A stretch of DNA of 64,000 bases from Candidatus Dojkabacteria bacterium. GTDB lineage: Bacteria > Patescibacteriota > Dojkabacteria > J137. The stretch lies in the NCBI GenBank assembly GCA_040006935.1, contig JBDTVZ010000001.1, positions 103,772 through 167,771 on the forward strand, written 5' to 3'. Positions 17,246 to 25,819 of this stretch are shown here, one piece after another (position 1 is the stretch's first letter; each line of letters starts with the position of its first letter). Position numbers and translations under genes: made by a program. The notes under the pieces were generated by a model. The model searched no databases and was not told the origin of the DNA. It was given only the letters and a program-made list of their open reading frames with translations.

Positions 17246-18652
17246 TTGGTTTGTGATAGTATGAATAAATTCAATATTTTTATTCTATATTTAATGAAAC
17301 ACAAAGGAATTATTGCAATATTCACTTTGCTAATGATAATTTTAGGCATTAGTGCAATTGCAGTAGTTTTGAGTATACGAAATAGAAATACTGATCAAAC
17401 CGTTTCTGTAGATACAACGCTTCCACAAATTCAAGTTCAAACTGCGATTAGTTATATACATAATAACCCCGACGGTTCAACAGAAATTAAATACACTTAT
17501 ACATTAAAGAATATTAGTGGAACTTATAATATAGAGTCACTTGTAGCACAGAGTGATCTAACGGCAACGTTTTCTCCTCATAGTTTTAGTATTGTCAATT
17601 TAAGTTCTGATTCACTAAACGTAAACTCAACATATAATGGAACGTCTGATCAAGAACTTCTGAATGGAAATGATACTTTAGGTATTGGCCAATCAGTTCA
17701 AATATTTTTAGTAGTCAATTTTGTTCCAGGAGATGACGTTGGTCCGTTTGAAAATAATGTCACTGCTTCTGGAGATATAACCAGGCCTGATACCAGTACT
17801 TCTAACACTTCGTCAGGTGGCAGTTCCTCAGGCGATAGTAATACAACGGGCACACCACCAGGAACTAGCACAGATGGGGGATCTGATACAGGTGGAGATG
17901 ATTCCGGATCCACTACAGAAGGTGGTGGTGGAACCACAATTGGGGAAGAACCGCCTGGAGAACCAATAAGTAGACCTCACCACGGTGGAGGTAGCCATAG
18001 TTCAACCGGAAGTACACCTCCCTCAAATTCTGGTGGAAGCTCTTCAAACGGCAGCTCAAATACAACTACAGGAGGTTCCACAAGTGGAGGAAGTCCTAAT
18101 GTAAATGGAACAGCACAAGTATCATTTACTTTGTCCGCATCTGGGGGAGCACCTATAATAACACAGCCATCATTACCAAATACTTCAGGTTCCTTAAGAT
18201 ATCAAGGATTAGGTTTTTTATATTATACTAGAGAATGGATTGATGATAATGTTTTAAAATTAGAAAGAAATAAAGTAAGAATTAATAAAATTGGAGTGGA
18301 TGCGGAAATATTAGAGGGACAAAATGAAGAAGTATTAGAGTCTGGACTTTGGAGAATGCCACAAACATCGAACCCAGAAGAAGGAGGCAACATGGTAATT
18401 GCTGGTCATAGATTCTTAAGAACTTATAGCCCTCAGACGTTTTACAAGTTAGATCAAGTTCAGGTAGGAGATGAAATAGAAGTAATATGGAATAATAAAA
18501 AGTACATTTATATAGTTAAAGAAACGAAAGAAATTCTTTCTACGGATTTGAGTATTTTAGATGATAAAAAAAATACTTTAACTTTATTCACATGTATTTC
18601 TCAAACTGACAGCTCTAAGAGATTAGTGGTGAGGGCAGAGTTAAAAGAGTAA
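17246..18652 (+). CDS. paralogous membrane-anchored sortase-domain protein with an N-terminal Ig-like domain and a Gly/Ser/Thr-rich linker
   Basis: 468 aa with the same architecture. MVIAGHRF...TLTLFTCI. N-domain motif I.YIH...DGS.EIKYTYT is shared with the upstream paralog. Confidence 0.75.
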   Translation: MVCDSMNKFNIFILYLMKHKGIIAIFTLLMIILGISAIAVVLSIRNRNTDQTVSVDTTLPQIQVQTAISYIHNNPDGSTEIKYTYTLKNISGTYNIESLVAQSDLTATFSPHSFSIVNLSSDSLNVNSTYNGTSDQELLNGNDTLGIGQSVQIFLVVNFVPGDDVGPFENNVTASGDITRPDTSTSNTSSGGSSSGDSNTTGTPPGTSTDGGSDTGGDDSGSTTEGGGGTTIGEEPPGEPISRPHHGGGSHSSTGSTPPSNSGGSSSNGSSNTTTGGSTSGGSPNVNGTAQVSFTLSASGGAPIITQPSLPNTSGSLRYQGLGFLYYTREWIDDNVLKLERNKVRINKIGVDAEILEGQNEEVLESGLWRMPQTSNPEEGGNMVIAGHRFLRTYSPQTFYKLDQVQVGDEIEVIWNNKKYIYIVKETKEILSTDLSILDDKKNTLTLFTCISQTDSSKRLVVRAELKE

Positions 18653-19876
18653 CTGGAGTCTTAAAATAGCTTTCTTCACAAAATCTTGAATTTCTCTTCT
18701 TACAGTCAATTTATTTTCTAGGTTTAAATTTATATTAGAATTTACCAAATTGATAAGTTCTGTTCTGTATCGTTTTAAAAACTTATACTTTACAGAATTA
18801 ATATAAGGAATGTAATTCTTTTCGTAAATATTTGGGAAATTATTTGTATCTAAAGTTTTCGGAACTGCGATAGCAATCACTTTGAATATTCCAAAACTAG
18901 TAACTTCATGGTTCATTTTAATGGAAAATAAGGTTCCCATAATCATGTGTGGTGGAAACCCAAGTTTTACATATTCTTCCCCGTAGCAGATTGGCCAGGC
19001 AACTCCAGTTTTTTCATAGACAGTAACTTCTGAATTGATTTTATTTTGTGATCTTAAAAATGGTGAAATTCCAACATCAAAGAATACTGTGTTATTTTTC
19101 ACCGCTGAAAGTAAAGGCTCAGATTCTGCTTTTTTAACTAATCTATCAAACGCTTTAACAATATCTTTTAAGTCGCCACTATTTGCTCTAGGTTGAGTCA
19201 ATAATTTGAATCCCCCTTTATGTAGTTCCAATGTTGGAGCAAGATTAAATCCATCTAATGCTTTCTGAATTACTTCATCAGAGCCATAAATTTCTTCTAA
19301 TTTATTTCTAGCGATCTCAATGGCAGAGTTAGATGAAAGAGTTAGAGCGTTAAAACACAATTCATTTAGATCTATAGAAACTTCAGGAAAACTTTCCGCT
19401 TTCCAATTATATAAACCCACATCATTTCCTTTTAATTTTGCTCTTAATTTACTTTTTACATTTGAAATTCTATTTTTATTAAGCCAAATTATGACTTCTT
19501 TGTAATCCGGATTCTGAAGAATATGTTGATATTGCTTCCTAAAAATTAATTCTTTAACTAAATCTTTTGTTGCTTTGAATTGTTTATTCCTCTGTGTCAT
19601 TCCGACCGTGCCCGACGGCAGGCGGGACGAAGTCGAGGAACTATCAGAATTAAGTGATTTTGATAAAAGAGACATTGTAAATGGTTTTGAAGTACTAGCA
19701 AGGTTAACTATAGAGTTTTCAGTTGTCAGTTTTGAGTTATTAGAAATAACAACTCCGTCTTTCACAACAACACTTAATGTATTCCATTCATAAGTCGACC
19801 TAACATCCAATTTATAAGGATCAAATCCAGGTTTATAATTTTTGAAGAATTTTCCTAACGTTAAGTTTTTTTCCAC
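18641..19876 (-). CDS. hypothetical protein (a GC-rich repeat is inserted in frame near the N-terminus)
   Basis: Uninterrupted 411-aa ORF in an AT-rich genome. The segment SSSTSSRLPSGTVGMTQ is encoded by a family A hairpin repeat at 19595-19640. Confidence 0.5.
   Translation of the reverse strand: MEKNLTLGKFFKNYKPGFDPYKLDVRSTYEWNTLSVVVKDGVVISNNSKLTTENSIVNLASTSKPFTMSLLSKSLNSDSSSTSSRLPSGTVGMTQRNKQFKATKDLVKELIFRKQYQHILQNPDYKEVIIWLNKNRISNVKSKLRAKLKGNDVGLYNWKAESFPEVSIDLNELCFNALTLSSNSAIEIARNKLEEIYGSDEVIQKALDGFNLAPTLELHKGGFKLLTQPRANSGDLKDIVKAFDRLVKKAESEPLLSAVKNNTVFFDVGISPFLRSQNKINSEVTVYEKTGVAWPICYGEEYVKLGFPPHMIMGTLFSIKMNHEVTSFGIFKVIAIAVPKTLDTNNFPNIYEKNYIPYINSVKYKFLKRYRTELINLVNSNINLNLENKLTVRREIQDFVKKAILRLQLLF
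19595..19640. repeat. family A GC-rich hairpin repeat (TGTCATTCCGA...CGAAGTCGAGGAA), in frame inside ORF 18641-19876
   Basis: 46-bp island of about 65% GC in AT-rich coding sequence. Shares GTCATT..CGA and CGAAG termini with the other family A copies. Confidence 0.6.
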
Positions 19877-19906
19877 TTCTTTTAATTTTTAATTATTAAT
19901 TGATAA

Positions 19907-22468
19907 TTAAATAAGCCCCATCTGTTCCGGATGAATCTTCTTTGGCGTTTTTGGGCCACCCTTGTTGTCATTGCGAGACTCCGTCTTGGACGGAGACGAA
20001 GCAATCCCAGAATTTTCAAATTTATTCAAAATTTCATTCGCCCTCTTAGTTACCTCCACAGGAACCCCAGCAAGTTTAGCCACATGAACACCGTAACTCT
20101 TATTCGCAGATCCGGCTTCAATTTTATGAGTGAACAAAATTTCTTCTTTTTCTTTGTCATCTACAACTTTAACATTAAAATTCTTAATGCATTTATATTG
20201 TGATTCTAAAGAAATTAATTCGTGATAATGTGTTGCAAACAAAGTTTTTGCTTTTATATGTTCTTGTAAATATTCTACTATTGACCAAGCAATTGCAACT
20301 CCATCATAAGTTGAAGTTCCTCTCCCAACCTCGTCTAAAATTATTAAACTTTGACTTGTAGCATTATTTAAGATATTAGCTGTCTCTGTCATTTCTACCA
20401 TGAAAGTAGATTCTCCTTTAGATAAATTATCTGATGCTCCAACCCGTGTAAAAATTCTATCTACTATTTGGAACTTCATTTCTTTTGCTGGAACGTAACT
20501 TCCAATTTGTGCCATGAGTGTTATTAAAGCTACTTGCCTAATATAAGTAGATTTACCGGACATGTTTGGTCCTGTCAGAATATGAATTAAAGAATCCTCA
20601 GAAAATTCTGTTGAGTTTGGAATAAATTTCTCAACTAGTCTTTCTACAACTGGATGACGACCATCAGTAATCAGTGTTGAGTTATCAGTTTTCAGATTCT
20701 CTGATTTCTGAGAACTGACGACTGATGGCTTAGTATAGTTAAACTCTCTCGCTATAAATCCAAAGTTAACAATAACATCAACTTCTGCAATTGCATTTCC
20801 AACGGCTAAAAGCATTTGAGAATAATCTGCGAGTTTATTTCTAATTTCTATAAATAACTCTTGTTCTAATTTTATTAATTTCTCTTCAGCACTTAAAATT
20901 TTAACTTCTAATTCTTTTAATTCTTGAGTTATGTATCTTTCTGCATTTGCTAAAGTTTGCTTTCGAATATAATCCTCTGGGACTTTATCTAAATGAGTTC
21001 GTGTAATTTCAATGTAATACCCAAACACATTGTTGAAAGAGATTTTCAAACTTGTAATTTTAGTTCGTTCAATTTCTCGTTTCTGAATTTCCGCAAGAAT
21101 TTGTTTTGAATTTGATCTTAAATTTCTAAGTTCATCAACCTCAGCATGATATCCTGACTTCAAAATTCCTCCATTATTAATTAAAGCAGAAGGTTCGTTA
21201 TCGATTGACTTGTCAATAAAATCAATGACTTCTTTTATTTTCTCATTTTGCAATTCTCTCATTAAAAATGAAAGTCGTGTAGGTAACTCTTCTGAAGATA
21301 ATTGATTAGAAATATTAATTATATTTATCAAACTATTTTTCAAACCAACGAGGTCTTTTGGATTTGCACCACCAACTCCAATTCTTCCAACGATTCTTTC
21401 TATATCTGCAATTCGATAAAATTTATCTCTTAATTCCGAAATCAGTTGAGGTTTATTAAAAAAGAATTCTACTGAATCATGACGTTCTTTAATCATTACC
21501 ACATTTACTAAAGGATTTAAAATCCAATTTCGTAATTTTCTTTTTCCCATTGGGTTCGTAGCTCTATTAATAATAGAGTAGAGTGTTGGAGAATCGTGTC
21601 CTGAATTTGTAAATAATAATTCCAAATTTCGAATAGTTTCGAAGTCTAACTTCATGTAATCGTTAAAAGAATAACTTTGTATTCCTCTAATGTGTTTAAT
21701 ATCTCCTTTTTGACAATCTATTAAGTAACAAATTAAAGCACCGGCTGAAGTTACAATTGCAATATCTTCAGGCTTAGAATCTTTTATGGTTGATTTCTGA
21801 TTAACATTCAAACCAAAACCTTTTAACGAGCTTACTTTAAACTGTTTTTCTAAAATGATTACTGAATCTTTTAAATCAAACAATTTATCATCTAATTTCT
21901 GTAATCTGTTACCTTGAATCTTTAATATATCTTCATACTGTGAAGCCGGGCAAATTATCTCCGAAGGATTTATTTTCTTTAGCTCATTCTTAAGTGTAAT
22001 CTCAGAATTTGTTGTAAACGACTTTAGTTCCCCAGTAGTCAAATCACAAAAAACTAACCCATAACTGATGACTGATGACTGACCACTCATGACTACTGAA
22101 GCAATGTAATTATTTTTAGAAGAGTCTAAAGAATTTTCATCAATAATAGTTCCTGGTGTAATTATTTTGGTAATACTTCTTTCTACTAATTTACCAGGCA
22201 CTGCCGCTTCCATTTGTTCTGCAATAGCGATCTTGAGGCCAGCTTCAACAAGCCTAGGCATGTAATTTGGAAGAGCATGATAAGGAATTCCTGCTAAAGG
22301 TTGCCTGTTTTCATCTTTTCCTCGGCTCGTAAGCGTAATTCCTAAAACTCTAGATACTGTTTCTGCATCTTCATCAAAGGTTTCGTAAAAATCCCCAAGA
22401 CGAAATAGGATCACTGTTCCAGGATTTTCAGATTTTATTTTTTTGAACTGCTCCTGCATTGGAGTCAT
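19907..22468 (-). CDS. mutS: DNA mismatch repair protein MutS
   Basis: 853 aa. N-terminal GDFYE.F..DA mismatch-binding motif. Walker A GPNMSGKST. TH.HEL motif. The C-terminal tail contains a repeat-encoded segment. Confidence 0.9.
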   Translation of the reverse strand: MTPMQEQFKKIKSENPGTVILFRLGDFYETFDEDAETVSRVLGITLTSRGKDENRQPLAGIPYHALPNYMPRLVEAGLKIAIAEQMEAAVPGKLVERSITKIITPGTIIDENSLDSSKNNYIASVVMSGQSSVISYGLVFCDLTTGELKSFTTNSEITLKNELKKINPSEIICPASQYEDILKIQGNRLQKLDDKLFDLKDSVIILEKQFKVSSLKGFGLNVNQKSTIKDSKPEDIAIVTSAGALICYLIDCQKGDIKHIRGIQSYSFNDYMKLDFETIRNLELLFTNSGHDSPTLYSIINRATNPMGKRKLRNWILNPLVNVVMIKERHDSVEFFFNKPQLISELRDKFYRIADIERIVGRIGVGGANPKDLVGLKNSLINIINISNQLSSEELPTRLSFLMRELQNEKIKEVIDFIDKSIDNEPSALINNGGILKSGYHAEVDELRNLRSNSKQILAEIQKREIERTKITSLKISFNNVFGYYIEITRTHLDKVPEDYIRKQTLANAERYITQELKELEVKILSAEEKLIKLEQELFIEIRNKLADYSQMLLAVGNAIAEVDVIVNFGFIAREFNYTKPSVVSSQKSENLKTDNSTLITDGRHPVVERLVEKFIPNSTEFSEDSLIHILTGPNMSGKSTYIRQVALITLMAQIGSYVPAKEMKFQIVDRIFTRVGASDNLSKGESTFMVEMTETANILNNATSQSLIILDEVGRGTSTYDGVAIAWSIVEYLQEHIKAKTLFATHYHELISLESQYKCIKNFNVKVVDDKEKEEILFTHKIEAGSANKSYGVHVAKLAGVPVEVTKRANEILNKFENSGIASSPSKTESRNDNKGGPKTPKKIHPEQMGLI
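19965..20007. repeat. family A hairpin repeat (TTGTCATTGCGAGACTCCGTCTTGGACGGAGACGAAGCAATCC), in frame in the mutS 3' end
   Basis: Inner hairpin ACTCCGTC-TTG-GACGGAG. It encodes the MutS tail segment IASSPSKTESRNDNKGGP. Confidence 0.65.
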
Positions 22469-22505
22469 AAGGAGAATTAAGAATTATAAATTAATAATTA
22501 AGAGA

Positions 22506-22739
22506 TTATTTAACTTCACGAAACTCTGCATCTTCTGCTTGAGGCTTATTATCTGATTTCTTTTGTTTAGTAACCTTCTTCGCTTTCTTAGTTCCGGAAA
22601 GTTCATCAAATAAATCCTGAAACTGTTTATATTTCAATTGTCCCTTCTCCTTCAGAACGAACAGATAATAAATAATCGCGACTGAGAATACAACAAAAAC
22701 ACCGAAACACATTAAACTTAGGAATTCGAAAATAAACAT
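22506..22739 (-). CDS. small membrane protein (N-terminal transmembrane helix, basic C-terminal tail)
   Basis: 77 aa. The N-terminal 41 aa are about 85% identical to ORF 23610-23798. Confidence 0.4.
   Translation of the reverse strand: MFIFEFLSLMCFGVFVVFSVAIIYYLFVLKEKGQLKYKQFQDLFDELSGTKKAKKVTKQKKSDNKPQAEDAEFREVK
22618..22739. repeat. direct repeat copy 1 (5' part of the small membrane-protein gene)
   Basis: About 120 bp with roughly 80% identity to 23687-23798. The first 47 nt are near-identical. Confidence 0.7.
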
Positions 22740-22867
22740 AATTTTAATTTAATATTTAATTGCCCTAAATTATACCTAATGGCAGAAGAGTTGTAATTGA
22801 ATAATTTCCTTGTGATATTTTTTGATAATAACTATAATTTCTTTGTTTAACTTCTTAAAACAGAACT

Positions 22868-23671
22868 ATGTTTAAAATAATATATAGAGCTATTGTAGAC
22901 TTTTTACTTCTAAGAGAAAGATTAGATACAATCATAAATTGGCCAAAAGTAAAAGAAACTCACCCAAATCCTTTAGTTAGAAAAGGTCAAAAGTTTTTTT
23001 CCCAATTTGATGAGGATGGAATTATTTCTGAAATTTGTAGAAGATTGAAATTAGAAAAAGGAAATTTTTTTGAAATTGGTGTAGGGGACGGAAGCGAATG
23101 TAACACTGTAAACTTACTTTTCAAAGGTTGGAGAGGCGCTTGGGCAGGAAACGAGAAATTATTCTTTAATTCAAAGGAGCAGAACCTAAAATATTTAAAT
23201 ACATTTGTAACAATGGATAATATAAGTGAAGTTCTTGGAAATGTTCAAACATTTCTAGGAGAAGGAAAATCTATCGATTTATTCTCATTAGATATTGATG
23301 GAGTTGATTATTGGATAGGAAAAGAAATATTATCTACAATTAAGCCTAAAATTGTTATTGTTGAATACAATTCTCATTTTGAGCCACCAATTGAATATAT
23401 TACTGACTATAAAGCAGATCTTGTTTGGGATAGAACAAATAGATATGGCGCTTCTTTACAAGCATGGGTAAATTTATTCGAGCCAATGGGTTATAAGTTA
23501 GTTTGTTGCAACTATACTGGTAGTAATGCATTCTTTATTCAGAATAGCGAGATGGAAGCATTTAGAGATGTTCCTACAGATATTAATGAACTATTTATGC
23601 CACCTAACTTTAAGATTGGATATTCCACAGGACATAAATTATCTGCCGAAGTTTGTGAAAAATACTCATAA
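22868..23671 (+). CDS. FkbM family methyltransferase
   Basis: 267 aa. FFEIGVGDGSE...IDLFSLDIDGVDYWIG..IL...KPKIVIVEYN matches Methyltransf_21 (FkbM) motifs. Confidence 0.55.
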   Translation: MFKIIYRAIVDFLLLRERLDTIINWPKVKETHPNPLVRKGQKFFSQFDEDGIISEICRRLKLEKGNFFEIGVGDGSECNTVNLLFKGWRGAWAGNEKLFFNSKEQNLKYLNTFVTMDNISEVLGNVQTFLGEGKSIDLFSLDIDGVDYWIGKEILSTIKPKIVIVEYNSHFEPPIEYITDYKADLVWDRTNRYGASLQAWVNLFEPMGYKLVCCNYTGSNAFFIQNSEMEAFRDVPTDINELFMPPNFKIGYSTGHKLSAEVCEKYS

Positions 23672-23798
23672 TAATTTGAAACTGTTTATATTTCAATTGT
23701 CCCTTCTCTTTCAGAACGAAGAGATAATATATAATTCCAACAAATAAAACAACAAAAGATACGAAACAAATTAAAGATAGAAATTCGAAAATATACAT
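23610..23798 (-). pseudogene. truncated or chimeric duplicate of the small membrane-protein gene at 22506-22739
   Basis: Only the first ~41 codons are conserved. The 3' part overlaps the 3' end of the FkbM gene on the opposite strand. Confidence 0.3.
23687..23798. repeat. direct repeat copy 2
   Basis: See 22618-22739. The two copies flank the FkbM methyltransferase gene. Confidence 0.7.
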
Positions 23799-23917
23799 AT
23801 AATTTAGTTAAAACTTAAAAGCTACTAATTATAACGGATGTGTGAATATGTAACCAGAAGAGATTTTATTTACAATAAAAGTATTTGTTGCTAAAATATC
23901 CTATATTTAAATAACCT

Positions 23918-24580
23918 ATGATAAAAAACGTATTAGTTTTAATAGTATCTGTAGTAATTTTAATACTACTAGTCATTTCGTGTGCATTATCTCTAAATTA
24001 TTATAATTCTAGATCTAGGATAACCTTCACAAATAAAGATATTTCTTTAAATGACTTTAAAGAAAAGACTTATTTAACATTACCTGCAAGCGTAAAGTCA
24101 TTTAGTATTACAGAAGATAGAACTGAAAAGCATGGTATGTCAAACAGAATTGCTTTAATTAATCCTAAGTTTATAAAAATTGAGTTTGATGAAGCAGGCT
24201 ATAAAGAATTTTTAGCTACTAAAAGATTGGATGATCCTAAATATTCTACTCAATTTGCTCCACATTCAAAACTTGAGGAATTCTGTTATGTAATGCAGGA
24301 TGGAATTTTACAATATGGAGGAACTAAATATTCAGCTTATCATGGGCAAGAACTATCAATATATGCTGATAATCCTAAAGATTGTTCTTATACTTATCAA
24401 GAAATATATTTTGATGATACTTTAAAGCCAATCAGTATTGTTACTCCTGGGTTTGCTTCTACAGATACTGATGAGAACATGGTAAGCTATGGAACTTTTC
24501 AAGATTTTGATTTTAATTACTATATAAAAGTAATTAAAGGAGAAACAATTCAAGTTTTTATTTATATGGAACCTATTTAA
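23918..24580 (+). CDS. hypothetical signal-anchored protein
   Basis: 220-aa ORF with an N-terminal transmembrane segment. Confidence 0.4.
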   Translation: MIKNVLVLIVSVVILILLVISCALSLNYYNSRSRITFTNKDISLNDFKEKTYLTLPASVKSFSITEDRTEKHGMSNRIALINPKFIKIEFDEAGYKEFLATKRLDDPKYSTQFAPHSKLEEFCYVMQDGILQYGGTKYSAYHGQELSIYADNPKDCSYTYQEIYFDDTLKPISIVTPGFASTDTDENMVSYGTFQDFDFNYYIKVIKGETIQVFIYMEPI

Positions 24581-24583
24581 ACT

Positions 24584-25498
24584 ATGTTTGACTTCATTGC
24601 AGCTTGGAAAAGTGGATTTAAAGGTAAAAACGCAATTACTAATCTTATCGTTTTTGTTCTTGTAGATCCTTTTTTTATTTTAGTTGATTCAATTTTTGCA
24701 TTTCTAATTTTCAAAATTTATTATAATATCGCGCCATTAGGGAGTATCGGTTTTGCTTCTAAATTTTATAGTCCTTTTGGTTTTCATTTTCAGTTAAATA
24801 CTCCAACTCAAATTTCTGATGTTGTTACATTCTGGAATGCTTCAACTATTAATGCCGTTTTTGTTATTGTTTTGATAACAAGTTTACTGCTTATTATTTT
24901 GCTTTCAGCATTAATTAAAGGTTGGTATTTTTACGAGAATTTTAAGTCTTCATATTTCAAAACTGATAGTATGTTGGTCTTTAAAGAAAGTCCTTATAAG
25001 GTTTTAACAAAGAATATTAAGATGTTAATTATACGATTATTTTATTATATTGTTCCAATAATTATCTCACTTTGTTTAATAATAGCTTTAGGAACCTACT
25101 CAGCCTATTTATTGCAAGGCGAAGGGCAGTTAAATAATGTTTATGTTTTATCTCTAGTATTAGGTTTTTTATTCGTTTTATATTTTGTCTTCTTGTTTTT
25201 TGAAACAATGGTTGTTTCTACAGGAATTTACAAACTTATTAAGGAGAATTCTATAAAACCAGCGCTCAATATTGTTTCAGTTGTTGGTTATTCTTTAAGA
25301 AAATTCTTTCCATTATTATTGTTATTCATTCTAAATGTGATTGTTATTTTGTTTTCCAGATTTTTGAATAATTTTAATTTCATTTTGGTAGTAGGATTGA
25401 TAGTGAGTACTTTAAATGGTTATTACATGAATTTTGTTTACCCTCATATGCTTGGAAGTTTATATAGACATGCAGATAACAAAAAAGTTAAGAAATAG
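24584..25498 (+). CDS. hypothetical polytopic membrane protein
   Basis: 304 aa with at least 6 predicted transmembrane helices. Translationally coupled to the upstream ORF. Confidence 0.4.
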   Translation: MFDFIAAWKSGFKGKNAITNLIVFVLVDPFFILVDSIFAFLIFKIYYNIAPLGSIGFASKFYSPFGFHFQLNTPTQISDVVTFWNASTINAVFVIVLITSLLLIILLSALIKGWYFYENFKSSYFKTDSMLVFKESPYKVLTKNIKMLIIRLFYYIVPIIISLCLIIALGTYSAYLLQGEGQLNNVYVLSLVLGFLFVLYFVFLFFETMVVSTGIYKLIKENSIKPALNIVSVVGYSLRKFFPLLLLFILNVIVILFSRFLNNFNFILVVGLIVSTLNGYYMNFVYPHMLGSLYRHADNKKVKK

Positions 25499-25630
25499 TA
25501 AAGTTCGTGATATAATTTCGACTATGAAAGCAATCAACTTTAATAACAATAATAATTTCAACTCCAATTAGAGGGTTATTGTTGTTAAAGCTGAAAAACA
25601 ATAATCCCAAAGTAATTTGGGATTTTTTTA

Positions 25631-25676
25631 TGTCATTGCGAGTAGTCCCGAGAATCGGGACGACGTGCAATGACAA
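25631..25676. repeat. family A nested hairpin repeat (TGTCATTGCGAG-TAGTCCCGAGAATCGGGACGA-CGTGCAATGACA)
   Basis: Outer inverted repeat TGTCATTGCG / TGCAATGACA, with an inner perfect hairpin GTCCCGA-GAA-TCGGGAC. Confidence 0.7.
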
Positions 25677-25685
25677 CGAAAATAG

Positions 25686-25716
25686 TTGTCATCCTGAGCT
25701 TGTCGAAGGATAATGA
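25686..25716. repeat. family A variant (TTGTCATCCTGAGCTTGTCGAAGGATAATGA), abutting the tRNA-Asn 5' end
   Basis: GTCATCCTGAGC...CGAAGGAT resembles the widespread GTCATCCTGAGCGAAGCGAAGGATC REP-like element. Confidence 0.6.
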
Positions 25717-25785
25717 GTAGTAGCTCAATGGTAGAGCAAGCCGCTGTTAACGGCAAGGTTGTAGGTTCGAGTCCTACTTACTCAG
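25714..25785 (+). tRNA. tRNA-Asn (anticodon GUU)
   Basis: TGAGTAGTAGCTCAATGGTAGAGCAAGCCGCTGTTAACGGCAAGGTTGTAGGTTCGAGTCCTACTTACTCAG shows a cloverleaf with a CTGTTAA anticodon loop and TTCGAGT T-loop. Confidence 0.85.
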
Positions 25786-25819
25786 TTTTAGTTAAAATTT
25801 ATAATTCTTAACTTTTTTT

